From positions 992,001 through 1,056,000 of the forward strand of contig CAXXHB010000003.1 in NCBI GenBank assembly GCA_963664815.2: DNA of 64,000 nucleotides. The letters are read 5' to 3'. This document shows, piece after piece, positions 19,646 to 30,316 of the stretch. The first letter of the stretch is position 1. Each line of letters begins with the position of its first letter. Below the pieces are notes generated by a model. That model searched no databases. It was not told the origin of the DNA and was given only the letters and a program-made list of their open reading frames with translations. Origin of the DNA: Spirochaetota bacterium. Lineage in GTDB: Bacteria > Spirochaetota > UBA4802 > UBA5550. A program made the translations under genes and the position numbers.

Positions 19646-22054
19646 TCACCTCAAACTGGCAACAGTAACACCGTCACCACCTTCTCCCATTTCACCCCTT
19701 CTGAAGTCGCGCACGTAGATACTCATCTTAAGAGTATCGCGCACGGCCTGTTTCATAGCGCCGGTTCCGTGGCCGTGAATTATAATAACTATTCTTATAC
19801 CCTGCCGTTCCATTCTGTCCAGTGACTCGTTCATAAACGCCAGGGCTTCATCAACCCTCTTCCCGCGAAGGTCTATTGTGTTGTATGATGTCTGTATTGT
19901 CGTGCCGATATAGCTGTCCGTTATCCCGGTTACTGCCGCTTTCCTGTACTCTTTTACCCTGGATTGTTTAGCTGAACCTTCCGGGAGAAGGTACAGATCC
20001 TTAACCTGGAAGCGTGACCTTATGGATCCACCCAGAAGAACAAGAGCAGTTTTCCCTGAGCTGTCAATTTCCTCTATGGTACCCTCTGCCTCGATTGATG
20101 CGATGAAGACCCTGTCCCCCTTCTTTGTTTTGTCGGGAACCAGTTCGCTTAACGTATCGGCATATTTTTCGCGGGATTCACCGCTCATGCGTTCGCTTAT
20201 TTCGCTGCGGAGCTTCATTATCTCTTCGTTGAGTTTTCCGGCCTCTTTCTGATCAAGGGACTGCAGCCCGGTTATCCGCTTTGCTATCTTTTCCCTGTAG
20301 GCATTCAGCTCGTCAATAAATTCCACACCCTTCGCTTTCTTCGTTTCGGCAATAAGACGGTTCAGCTCATTCTGCCTTGATTTTATCTTTTCCCTGTCCT
20401 CGGTTATCTCTGCGGTGAGGGCTCTTACTTTTTCACGTTCTTCCCTGATCTCGTCTTCATAAATCTGGATCTTTTCAAGAAGTCCTTCAACGCTTGATTC
20501 CCTGCTGTCTACAAGCTCGTTTGCCCGGTTGAGTATCTTTTCGGGAATTCCGTATATGCGGGCGATTTCAACCGCGTGGCTGACACCCGGTATGCCTGTA
20601 CGAAGCTCATAGGTGGGTTTGAGGGTTTCCAGGTTGAAGGTAACCGAACCGTTGCGGAACCTGCTGTCGTTTACCGCAAGCTCTTTAAGCTCGGTGTAGT
20701 GAGTTGTTACCACTATCCGGCTGCCGGTATTTATCATATATTCGAGTATGGATTGTGAAAGGGCTGCCCCCTGGCGCGGATTTGTGCCGACAATAATTTC
20801 ATCTATTATTACCAGTGTCCTTTCATCAGCCTCTCTGAGTATTTCATTGATGACCGTAAGCTGGCCCGAGAATGTGGAGAGAGACTGTGACAGGTTCTGG
20901 TCGTCACCTATATCGGCCATAATATTGCTGAATATCCCTATTACCGAATCGGGGCTTGCCGGGATATGAAGACCGAACATGGCAAAGAGCGCGCATAAGC
21001 CGATTGTCTTGAGCATTACGGTTTTTCCGCCGGTGTTGGCTCCTGATATTATTAATGCGTTGTAGTCAACTCCCAGTTCAACATCATTGGATATGATAGT
21101 ATCCGGAGACATGATGTACAGCAGCGGATGGTGCGCCCTGTAAAGTTTTAGTACCGGCTGTTCTGAGATTACAGGCTCGCTGCTTCTGGTCATTATACTG
21201 AATCTGGCCGCTGCATTGATAAAATCAAAAAAGGTAAGAACCCTGAGATTTGACTCAAGGTACTCCCCGTGTGCCGCAACGGCTATTGTGAGCTCGGCAA
21301 GTATCTTCTGAATCTCAAGAAGAAGCTCCTTTTCCAGGGTGATGATGCTGTTGTTTATATGGGTAAGCTCAGAGGGCTCGAAGTATACAGTTGCTCCGCT
21401 TGCGGATATGTCGTGAACGTTGCCGTTTATTTTCCCCTTCATGCCCGATCTGACAAGTATTACATATCTCCCGTTGACAGTGGTGAAGGTTTTTTCCTGA
21501 ATAATTTTCTCGTTGTCGGGTGAGTGAATTATTTTGCTGATGCGTTTTTCAATATCCTGTTTTGTGGAGTGTATATCTTTTTTAAGTCTTCGCAGAATTG
21601 TAAATTTGTCCTCGTTCAGATGACCGTCATCGGTAATTGTCACGGAGAGAATTCTGCTGAGTTCATTGAGCGGGTTAATTCTTGAAAACTCATCCTCAAG
21701 AGAAGGAAACTCCTCTCTGTGCGTGTCAAGATATTTCTTTATCCTCTCGGATGCGAAGGTGAACTGCTTTACCTGCATCAGCTCCTCAAGGTTAAGAACT
21801 CCACCCTTTCCGGCAATGGCAGTGAGATCGGAGATATCGCTGATTCCGGTAAGCTGAGGCGGGGTTCCCCTCCCGATAAGTTCCTTCATAGCGCTTATCT
21901 TTTTCATCTGGATAATTATTTTGAATTCAGGCACAGGCTTCAGCTTCGATGCCATTCTTTTCGCCGAATCGGATACGCACAGAGAGATTAACTTCTCCTC
22001 AATGAGCGGCCATTCAAGTATGTCGAGTATTCTTTTGTTAAATCTGTTTTTCAT
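19646..22054 (-). CDS. mutS2: MutS2 endonuclease / ribosome-collision factor
   Basis: SGANTGGKT P-loop, DIGDDQ...SLSTFS, TTHY, C-terminal Smr domain (DLRG..IIHGHGTG). Confidence 0.93.
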   Translation of the reverse strand: MKNRFNKRILDILEWPLIEEKLISLCVSDSAKRMASKLKPVPEFKIIIQMKKISAMKELIGRGTPPQLTGISDISDLTAIAGKGGVLNLEELMQVKQFTFASERIKKYLDTHREEFPSLEDEFSRINPLNELSRILSVTITDDGHLNEDKFTILRRLKKDIHSTKQDIEKRISKIIHSPDNEKIIQEKTFTTVNGRYVILVRSGMKGKINGNVHDISASGATVYFEPSELTHINNSIITLEKELLLEIQKILAELTIAVAAHGEYLESNLRVLTFFDFINAAARFSIMTRSSEPVISEQPVLKLYRAHHPLLYIMSPDTIISNDVELGVDYNALIISGANTGGKTVMLKTIGLCALFAMFGLHIPASPDSVIGIFSNIMADIGDDQNLSQSLSTFSGQLTVINEILREADERTLVIIDEIIVGTNPRQGAALSQSILEYMINTGSRIVVTTHYTELKELAVNDSRFRNGSVTFNLETLKPTYELRTGIPGVSHAVEIARIYGIPEKILNRANELVDSRESSVEGLLEKIQIYEDEIREEREKVRALTAEITEDREKIKSRQNELNRLIAETKKAKGVEFIDELNAYREKIAKRITGLQSLDQKEAGKLNEEIMKLRSEISERMSGESREKYADTLSELVPDKTKKGDRVFIASIEAEGTIEEIDSSGKTALVLLGGSIRSRFQVKDLYLLPEGSAKQSRVKEYRKAAVTGITDSYIGTTIQTSYNTIDLRGKRVDEALAFMNESLDRMERQGIRIVIIIHGHGTGAMKQAVRDTLKMSIYVRDFRRGEMGEGGDGVTVASLR

Positions 22055-22592
22055 ATCAGGTATTCAGGTTATATTTAATATCTGCGGCATGACAGTTTTA
22101 TGTGTCAATAAAATATTTTCATCCATGCGGCTGAATTTTCCTGTAAATACTGCCTGTTGCTGTTTTTCCGTTCAGCGCTTCATTTTCTCTCTAAATTATC
22201 AAAGCGGCATAAAATTTTACAATATATTCCACAAATGTAAATCCTGAACTTTTAAATAATGAAAAAAGCACTATTCCAGCCGCTGCCGGAGGCGGCGGTT
22301 ATATATGATCTTTTACTTTAAGCTAAAACATATGTTAAGAGATTAAGATTGAAAATTTTATTTATTTTATTAGGAATTGCTGGATTTTTTATAAGTCGTA
22401 AAGTTTTCTTGTAAACTGATATCAAGGTTAAAGATAATTGTATTTCTGTAGAATAAGATTATTTCAAACTGGCTTAACGGAATACAAATAATCTTAACAT
22501 TGAGCTGTAAATTTAACATAAAAAAAAGAGTATTCCGGTTATTCCGGGCAAACAGTTTTTATGAGGCGGATTATTTTTATGAGGCGGATTAA

Positions 22593-23057
22593 ATGAAGAA
22601 ATACAGTAAAATGTTTGTGTTTAAACTGCTTGAACAGAGTTACGCGATAGATCTTTTTTCTGTGGAAAAAGTGATAGAAGCTGTTGAAATTACGCCTGTT
22701 CCCGGGAGTATAAAAAATCTTGCGGGAGTGATAAATATTCACGGGAAAATTGTGCCGGTTCTGAATATAAGAAAAAAATTTAATATGCCGGAAAGAGAGA
22801 TTGATATTGATGATTATATTGTAATTGTAAAAATTTCAGAAAAAACCGTGGCATTCATTGCTGATTCTCTGGTTGGAGTTATTGATATACCGGAAGATAA
22901 AATGATACAATCCGCTGAAATACTGCCTGATCTGCAGAATATTGAAGGTATAATAAAACTCCCCGGAGATATGATATTTATTCATGATCTTGAGAAGACC
23001 CTGTCTTTTGAAGTTAAAAATGATATTGATGCACTGGATGCACTGCAAAATGGTTAA
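22593..23057 (+). CDS. cheW: CheW adaptor protein
   Basis: ITPVPG...GVINIHGKIVPV. Confidence 0.88.
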   Translation: MKKYSKMFVFKLLEQSYAIDLFSVEKVIEAVEITPVPGSIKNLAGVINIHGKIVPVLNIRKKFNMPEREIDIDDYIVIVKISEKTVAFIADSLVGVIDIPEDKMIQSAEILPDLQNIEGIIKLPGDMIFIHDLEKTLSFEVKNDIDALDALQNG

Positions 23058-24636
23058 TCTTATATTACCTGAAAATATTCTTGCCGGGCTTATGGAAATC
23101 ATTGAAGAAAAGCTTGGCCTTTATTTCCCCAGAGAAAAATGGGATGACCTTGAAAGGGCGCTGCAGCTGAGTTTTTCTGAACTGGGCCATACTGATATTG
23201 AATCATTCTCGAAACATATAATAAAGGATAATATAAGCAGCGATGAACTGGAAATTCTGGCGGCCAATTTAACTGTCGGTGAAACTTATTTTTTCAGGGA
23301 GCCGAATTCTCTGAATGCCTTTGAATATAACATTCTTCCTGATATCGTTAAGGCCGGGAATTTATGCGGGCGGAGTCTGAGGATCTGGAGTGCCGGCTGT
23401 GCTACCGGAGAAGAACCTTATACAATAGCAATGATACTGAAAAATTCCATACCATCGATAGATGACTGGGATATTACAATACTTGCTACTGATATCAATA
23501 TGAAATTTATTCATAAAGCCCGGGCCGGTGTATACACAAAGTGGTCATTCCGCGATGTACCACGGTGGATTACTGACAAATACTTTGTTCAAAGAAATGA
23601 AAACCTCTATGAACTGAAGGGCGAGATTAAAAATATGGTTACTTTTAGCTATCTTAACCTTATGGATGAGAACTATCCCTCTGTTCTTAATGATACAAAT
23701 GCTATGGATGTTATATTCTGCCGGAATGTGCTTATGTATTTTTCTGAGAATAATATAAAGAGAGTAGCAGGCAAATTCAACAATTCGCTGAGAGAAGGTG
23801 GATATTGTATTGTCAGCCAGACCGAATTATCCGAATATTATTTTAACGAATATCAGAGAGTTAATTCTTCAGGATCTATTATTTATAAAAAGGATTCATT
23901 TAAGAAACCGGCATCGGCAACTGCTCCCCTGTTATGGAAGAATGTATTAAACAGGCGGAATACGGGATCGGTTGTGAATCCGGCAGAAACTTCATTAATG
24001 GAAATTAAGCTGCCTGAAATACATTTTTTTAAAGTCTCTTCTGATGCTGAGAATAACGGGAATGCTGAGTTTAAAGAGATTAATGAGATTGAGAAGATTA
24101 ATAGAACTCATAAGATTAATAAGACTGAAGAGACTGAAGGGATTGATCAGATCAGGGAGCTTTATGAAACCGGCAGTTATGATGACGCGTTAAAAAGACT
24201 CATTCCATTTGTTTCATTAAAAACGGCTGGCTCTGAAGCCTTTGCCATGCTTGCAAGGATATATGCCGATAAGGGGATACTTGATGAAGCTGAAAAATGC
24301 TGCCGGGAGGCTATTGTAATAGATAACATGAATCCCGGATACCACTATCTGCTTGCAACAATTTACAGAGAGAAGGGTGTTTTAACAGAAGCTGTTTCCA
24401 GCTTAAGGAAAGCGATCTACCTTAACCCTGACTTTATAATTGCATATTATACTCTTGGAATAATTGCTGTCAGGCAGAATAAAAAACCGGAGGCGGAAAA
24501 ATATCTGGATACAGCGCTCTCTTTACTGAAAAAATACGGACCTGATGAATTTATTCCTGAATCGGAAGGGATTCCTGCCGGCAGACTGGCAGGAATTATT
24601 GAATCTGTGAAAGCGAGGTTATATAATGAACCCTGA
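23050..24636 (+). CDS. cheR: CheR methyltransferase with C-terminal TPRs (WspC-like)
   Basis: VGETYFFRE, IWSAGCATGEEPY, IFCRNVLMYF; TPR repeats. Confidence 0.9.
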   Translation: MVNLILPENILAGLMEIIEEKLGLYFPREKWDDLERALQLSFSELGHTDIESFSKHIIKDNISSDELEILAANLTVGETYFFREPNSLNAFEYNILPDIVKAGNLCGRSLRIWSAGCATGEEPYTIAMILKNSIPSIDDWDITILATDINMKFIHKARAGVYTKWSFRDVPRWITDKYFVQRNENLYELKGEIKNMVTFSYLNLMDENYPSVLNDTNAMDVIFCRNVLMYFSENNIKRVAGKFNNSLREGGYCIVSQTELSEYYFNEYQRVNSSGSIIYKKDSFKKPASATAPLLWKNVLNRRNTGSVVNPAETSLMEIKLPEIHFFKVSSDAENNGNAEFKEINEIEKINRTHKINKTEETEGIDQIRELYETGSYDDALKRLIPFVSLKTAGSEAFAMLARIYADKGILDEAEKCCREAIVIDNMNPGYHYLLATIYREKGVLTEAVSSLRKAIYLNPDFIIAYYTLGIIAVRQNKKPEAEKYLDTALSLLKKYGPDEFIPESEGIPAGRLAGIIESVKARLYNEP

Positions 24637-25210
24637 TCTGATTAACAACTCCGATGAAAAAAAAGACTATGATGAAAAAAGAGTCTATGATGAAAAAAAA
24701 AGAATATTAAGGGAACGCGCTGCAAAACTTTCAGTTGAAGCAGCGGAGACTCATGAAAATGAGGAAATTGAAGTTCTGAAATTTATGCTGGATAAGGAAG
24801 TGTATGCAGTTGAATCGAAATATATAAGGGGAGTTTACCCTCTTAAAAGATTTACCTCTGTTCCATGTACACCTTCTCATGTTACAGGAATTATAAATAT
24901 CAGGGGGCAGATATTGTCTGTTATTGACCTGGGTAAATTTTTTGAACTTCCGAGAAAAGGATTGTCAGATCTTAATCAGGTGATAATTCTTAATAATTCA
25001 GAAATGGAATTCGGAATACTTGCAGATGAAATTTCAGGTGTTATTAAAGTATCCGCAAATGATATTGAAACCGGTCTGCCGACTCTGACGGATATCAGGG
25101 CTGATTATCTCAGGGGAGTTACAAAAGAGAGGCTTATAATACTGGATGGATGGAAAATTCTTACAGATGAAAGACTTATAGTAAATGATGAAGTACATGA
25201 AATAATATAG
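24626..25210 (+). CDS. cheW: Second CheW (WspD-like)
   Basis: ILRERAAKL N-terminus; VPCTP..VTGIINIRGQI. Confidence 0.88.
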   Translation: MNPDLINNSDEKKDYDEKRVYDEKKRILRERAAKLSVEAAETHENEEIEVLKFMLDKEVYAVESKYIRGVYPLKRFTSVPCTPSHVTGIINIRGQILSVIDLGKFFELPRKGLSDLNQVIILNNSEMEFGILADEISGVIKVSANDIETGLPTLTDIRADYLRGVTKERLIILDGWKILTDERLIVNDEVHEII

Positions 25211-25219
25211 CAGGACTAA

Positions 25220-26881
25220 TTGCAGGGGGATTTGTTTATGTTTGACAATGTGAAAATAGGTACGCGGCTGGGATTGGGCTTTACGGTTATTATTTTTATG
25301 ATGATTACCGTAATAATAATAAGTTTCATTTCAATAAAGGACATCAATGAAAGGGTTGAAAAAATTGTAAAAATCAATAATGTCAGGATCCAGCAGTCCA
25401 GCGCAATGATTGACAATGCAAGGGAAACCTCCATAGAAATCCGGAACGCGCTGCTTGCAAAAGGTAGGCCCGATTACCGGAATTACCTTGACAGTGTAAA
25501 GAGCAGCATCCAGGAGAGAAGAAGGAAGTACACTGATTCAATACTTAAAATTGAAGAGATTACAGTTGATGACGATGTAAAAGGGGAAAACCTGATCGGC
25601 AGAGTGAAATCACTTGGAGATAAGGTTGTTGAAATGCAGGATAAGATTATCGCTTCGGCGTACGCCGGCAGGTTTAATGATGGCGTTGACTTCATGTTCA
25701 GGGAGGCCTACCCGCTGGTAAGAGAATGGATCTCTGCAATGAATGATCTGATAAAATACAATGAAGAGCATAATAACCTGCGTTATAACCAGATGATCAG
25801 TGTACAGAATAATACACGGCTGTATATTATAATAATAGGTTTTGTGGCTATTATTGCAGGAGTAGCTATCGGAATCTTTATAACACTTAGTATAACACGC
25901 CCGCTGTCAAAAGCTATTAAGGTTGCCAACAGTATTTCATCCGGAAATCTCTCCGCCCATATTGACATTGAAGAGCGCAGAGATGAAGTCGGAGTACTTA
26001 TGCAGGCATTAAGAACAATGGGCGATAATCTCAGGGAGCAGACAAAGGCGACATTTGAAGCGATAAATGTGCTTGCCAGCTCAACAAGCCAGGTATCGGC
26101 AACAGCAAAACAGCTTGTTGCAGGCGCGCAGGAAACTTCCACTTCAGTTTCCGAAACTACCACGACTATGGAGGAGGTAAAACAGACATCACGGCTTGTA
26201 AGCCAGAAGGCTAATCTTGTTTCGGACATTGCACAGAATACGGCGCATGTTTCAGAAACAGGGAGCAGATCCGCCGAAGAGTTTTTCCTGATCATGGGAA
26301 AAATAAGGGAACAGATGGACTTTATAGCCAATAGCATCGTTAAATTAAGCGAACAGAGCCAGACAATAGGATTAATTATCTCTGCAGTTAATGATCTTTC
26401 GAACCAGTCAAACCTTCTTGCGGTGAATGCCTCAATCGAGGCTTCCAAAGCCGGTGAGCATGGTAAAGGTTTTGCCGTTGTTGCCCAGGAGGTAAGGAAT
26501 CTCGCAGAACAGTCAAAAAACGCTACCAGTCAGGTGAGAACAATTTTAAGCGATATCCAGAAATCCATCTCCGGAGCGGTTATGGCTACTGAACAGGGTA
26601 AAAATGCGGTCGATTCCGGTGTCAGGCAGTCTCAGGATGCCAGGGAGGCTATCCGGCAGATGTCTGATGGTATAATAAAATCTTCACAGGCCTCAATGCA
26701 GATTGTCATTTCTATCAATGAACAGGTGATAGGCATAGACCAGGTATCTATAGCAATGGAGAGTATAAAAAAAGCTACTGAACAGATTGTGGAAAGTACA
26801 CGCCAGTCGGAAAATTTATCAAAAAATCTCAATGATCTGGGGTCACGGATGAAGCAGATGACAGAAAGGGTTACTCTGTAA
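25220..26881 (+). CDS. Methyl-accepting chemotaxis protein (four-helix sensor, HAMP; start possibly 25238)
   Basis: Two TM segments; NLLAVNASIEASKAGEHGKGFAVVAQEVRNLA hairpin tip. Confidence 0.93.
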   Translation: MQGDLFMFDNVKIGTRLGLGFTVIIFMMITVIIISFISIKDINERVEKIVKINNVRIQQSSAMIDNARETSIEIRNALLAKGRPDYRNYLDSVKSSIQERRRKYTDSILKIEEITVDDDVKGENLIGRVKSLGDKVVEMQDKIIASAYAGRFNDGVDFMFREAYPLVREWISAMNDLIKYNEEHNNLRYNQMISVQNNTRLYIIIIGFVAIIAGVAIGIFITLSITRPLSKAIKVANSISSGNLSAHIDIEERRDEVGVLMQALRTMGDNLREQTKATFEAINVLASSTSQVSATAKQLVAGAQETSTSVSETTTTMEEVKQTSRLVSQKANLVSDIAQNTAHVSETGSRSAEEFFLIMGKIREQMDFIANSIVKLSEQSQTIGLIISAVNDLSNQSNLLAVNASIEASKAGEHGKGFAVVAQEVRNLAEQSKNATSQVRTILSDIQKSISGAVMATEQGKNAVDSGVRQSQDAREAIRQMSDGIIKSSQASMQIVISINEQVIGIDQVSIAMESIKKATEQIVESTRQSENLSKNLNDLGSRMKQMTERVTL

Positions 26882-26896
26882 CCGGGTTATGGTCTT

Positions 26897-29263
26897 ATGG
26901 AAAAAGATGAAGAATTTATAAAAAAGCTTCTTTCAATTTTCAAGGTGGAGGCAGCGGAGCATATATCGGTTATATCATCCGGCCTTTTTGCGCTTGAGAA
27001 AGATCCCCCTGCACCTGAGATGCAGAAAACGATTGAAGCTATATACAGAAGCGCCCACAGTCTGAAGGGCGCATCCCGTTCCGTAAACTTTCTGGATATG
27101 GAGACCCTCTGCCAGTCAATGGAGGATCTGCTTGCTCTGCTGAGAAAGGGAGAGTTAACTCTGACGGATGATATTATAAATCTTCTGAATGAATCAAATG
27201 ATCTGCTGAATGAAATTGTTTCGACTGGTGAAACCGGGGCTGATCCTGAACTTGAGACTGTAATTAAAACACTGAAGGAGGGATTGGGTAAAGCTGCCAG
27301 GGGTGCCGGCAGTAACGGGAGTTCAGTTAAAAATACAGAGAGAAAAACCAATACCGGAAGTGGTGACGGGAAATCTGAAACAACCGATAAAGAAGCAGCT
27401 GTCCGCAGTATAAATGACAGAATAAAATCAGGTGACGTAAACCCTGTGACTGGCAAACAGCCGGCGGCAGCTGCCGAAACAATCCGTGTTTCCGCCGCTA
27501 AACTTGAAACTCTTCTTATGAAAGCGGAAGAACTGGTTACATTGAAGCTTTCGGCCAGATATTATTCTTCAGAGATAGATGATATTCAGAGGCTGCTTGA
27601 ATTGCGAAGCAGAGAATGGATGAAGACGATTAAAGATTTTTACAGGTCCGGCGGTGAAAAAGGCATTAACCTTCCGCTGAGAGATGCAGATAAGGAAAGG
27701 GGATATGCTGACTCAATAAATTATTTATATAATTTCTGTGAGACGTTAAAAACTGATATTGAAAACAGACTTAACAGCCTGAAAAAATATATAGATGATG
27801 ATATAAGATCAACCGGAGGGCTTGTTGATGATCTCCTGTCTGATATGAAAAATATTCTGTTATTGCCCTTTTCATATGTATTCGAAATATATCCTAAAAT
27901 AGTACGGGAGCTGTCCAGAGAACAGGGTAAGGAAATTGAACTGATAATTGAGGGTTCCGATGTTGAGGTTGATAAGCGTATTCTTCAGGAGATGAAGGAC
28001 CCGTTTATCCATCTTGTCAGAAACAGCGTTGACCATGGTATTGAAATGCCTTCCGACCGGAAAAAATCAGGAAAACCGGAAAGGGGAACTATTCGTCTGA
28101 ATGTAATGCAGATTGATGCCGGAAGCGTAGAGATTATTATTTCCGATGACGGTGCCGGTATAAACCGATCCATGGTAAAGGATGCAGCGTTGAAACAGGG
28201 GATACTGACCGGTGATGAAAGTGAAAGAATCAGTGACGATGAAGTCCTTGATCTTATATTTGAATCGGGAGTATCCACAAGCCCTATTATAACCACAGTT
28301 TCCGGCAGGGGGCTGGGAATGGCTATCGTAAAGGAAAAAGCGGAGAGACTGGGTGGGGCGGTTTATGTAAAGTCAATTCCCGGCAAAATGACAGAATTTC
28401 ATATTATCCTTCCTGTGGCTATTGCTACTTTCCGTGGTATACTTATAGAAACCTGCGGTAATCAGTTTGTTGTACCGACCAGGAATGTTGAAAAAGTGGA
28501 GATGGTATATAAATCCGAAATTATAACCGTAGAGAACAGGGCGACAATCACTTACAAAGGCCGCGCTGTATCGCTTGTAAGGCTTGCCGATATCCTGGAA
28601 CTTCACACTCCCGCGAAAGATGCAAACGATGCATTTATTAATGTAATGATAATTCCCGGCGGGGGTAAATTTATAGCATTTGAGATCGACAGGGTTATAA
28701 ATGAAGATGAAATGCTCCTGAAAAACCTGGGAAATCAGCTTCAGCGTGTGAAAAATATCAGCGGCGCCACAGTGCTTGCTTCGGGAGATGTTGTTTTGAT
28801 ATTGAATGCGGCTGATATAATAAAATCGGCTTCCAGAGGGCATTTTTCTTCTGCAGCGGCTTCTTCTTTAAACATTGAAGAGAACAGTAAAAGCCGGAAC
28901 AGTAAATCAATACTTGTGGTTGAGGATTCCATTACGGCAAGATCGCTGTATGTTAATATCCTCGAAGCTGCAGGTTATAATGTTACTTCGGCAGTTGACG
29001 GTATTGACGGATTCACAAAACTGATTAATGGCAATTTTGACATGGTTGTTACTGACGTACAGATGCCTAAAATGAACGGTTTTGAGTTAACCGGGAAGAT
29101 CCGCAGTGATGCAAGGTATGCGGATATACCGGTGATTCTGGTTACCGGCATGGAATCGACTGATGACAAGAAGATGGGTATTGATTCGGGGGCAAATGCC
29201 TATATTGTAAAAAGCGGTTTTGACCAGAATAACCTGCTCGAAATAATCGAGAGGTTTATATAA
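26897..29263 (+). CDS. cheA: CheA hybrid kinase with C-terminal receiver (WspE-like)
   Basis: Hpt RSAHSLKG, HLVRNSVDHG, SGRGLGM, CheW domain, REC. Confidence 0.93.
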   Translation: MEKDEEFIKKLLSIFKVEAAEHISVISSGLFALEKDPPAPEMQKTIEAIYRSAHSLKGASRSVNFLDMETLCQSMEDLLALLRKGELTLTDDIINLLNESNDLLNEIVSTGETGADPELETVIKTLKEGLGKAARGAGSNGSSVKNTERKTNTGSGDGKSETTDKEAAVRSINDRIKSGDVNPVTGKQPAAAAETIRVSAAKLETLLMKAEELVTLKLSARYYSSEIDDIQRLLELRSREWMKTIKDFYRSGGEKGINLPLRDADKERGYADSINYLYNFCETLKTDIENRLNSLKKYIDDDIRSTGGLVDDLLSDMKNILLLPFSYVFEIYPKIVRELSREQGKEIELIIEGSDVEVDKRILQEMKDPFIHLVRNSVDHGIEMPSDRKKSGKPERGTIRLNVMQIDAGSVEIIISDDGAGINRSMVKDAALKQGILTGDESERISDDEVLDLIFESGVSTSPIITTVSGRGLGMAIVKEKAERLGGAVYVKSIPGKMTEFHIILPVAIATFRGILIETCGNQFVVPTRNVEKVEMVYKSEIITVENRATITYKGRAVSLVRLADILELHTPAKDANDAFINVMIIPGGGKFIAFEIDRVINEDEMLLKNLGNQLQRVKNISGATVLASGDVVLILNAADIIKSASRGHFSSAAASSLNIEENSKSRNSKSILVVEDSITARSLYVNILEAAGYNVTSAVDGIDGFTKLINGNFDMVVTDVQMPKMNGFELTGKIRSDARYADIPVILVTGMESTDDKKMGIDSGANAYIVKSGFDQNNLLEIIERFI

Positions 29264-30304
29264 ATGATCAAAGTGCTGATTGTAGATGATTCTCATGTTG
29301 AGAGTGAACTTATATCCTATATGCTTAAATCAGATCATGAAATTAATATCATTGGTATCGCCTCTTCCGGCGAGGAGGCGATATCTATGATAAAAAAGGA
29401 ACGCCCCGATGTAATAACAATGGATATAAATATGCCTGGAATTGACGGATTTGAAGCAACACGGAAGATAATGGAGACCACTCCGCTGCCGATTGTCATT
29501 GTTACTGCAGCCTGTAAAAACGAAAATATAAATCTCTCTTTTCGCGCAATGGAGGCCGGCGCTCTTACATTAATTGAAAAATCTTCAGGGCCGGGGAGTC
29601 CGGATTATGTTAAAAAGAAGAATGAGCTGATAAATACGGTCAAGCTGATGTCTGAAATAAAGGTAGTCAGCCGCAGAGCTGCAAAACCCCGTGCAGATGA
29701 AAAAAACGGCAGCATTGGTGATATCAGGTTAAATAATGATATCGATATTATCGTGGTCGGGGCGTCTACGGGTGGGCCTCATGCGCTTCAGAAATTTCTT
29801 AAAGGAATAAAAGGGGATTTCATCCCCCCTGTAATGGTTGTTCAGCACATTACAAAGGGATTTACGGCAGGATTTGCCGATTGGCTTTCGGTCAGCTGTG
29901 ACATGAACGTAAGAATACCTGAGAATATGGAAAAGATAAACCGTGATACGGTCTATGTAGCTCCTGATGATTTTCATATGGGAATTGACAGGGACGGTCT
30001 TGTAGTGCTGAGCGGCCGGCCCCCGATAAAAAACCTTCGTCCGTCTGTAGCTTATCTTTTCCGCAGCGCTGCGGAATCTTACGGCAGCAGGGCGGTTGGT
30101 GTTATTTTAACGGGCATGGGGAGCGATGGAGCTGAGGATCTGAAGTTTTTAAGAGACAGGGGAGCTTTGACGTTTGCCCAGAACGAAGAAAGCTCAGTTG
30201 TATTCGGTATGCCGGGGGAGGCGATTAAGCTGGGGGGCGCGGTTTTCGTTCTGACGCCGGAAGGCATTTCCGGGAAGATTCGTGAATTATTAAAAAAAAG
30301 GTGA
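29264..30304 (+). CDS. cheB: CheB methylesterase response regulator
   Basis: REC plus GASTGGP, VQHI, LTGMGSDG. Confidence 0.94.
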   Translation: MIKVLIVDDSHVESELISYMLKSDHEINIIGIASSGEEAISMIKKERPDVITMDINMPGIDGFEATRKIMETTPLPIVIVTAACKNENINLSFRAMEAGALTLIEKSSGPGSPDYVKKKNELINTVKLMSEIKVVSRRAAKPRADEKNGSIGDIRLNNDIDIIVVGASTGGPHALQKFLKGIKGDFIPPVMVVQHITKGFTAGFADWLSVSCDMNVRIPENMEKINRDTVYVAPDDFHMGIDRDGLVVLSGRPPIKNLRPSVAYLFRSAAESYGSRAVGVILTGMGSDGAEDLKFLRDRGALTFAQNEESSVVFGMPGEAIKLGGAVFVLTPEGISGKIRELLKKR

Positions 30305-30316
30305 GGAAGCGTTACT

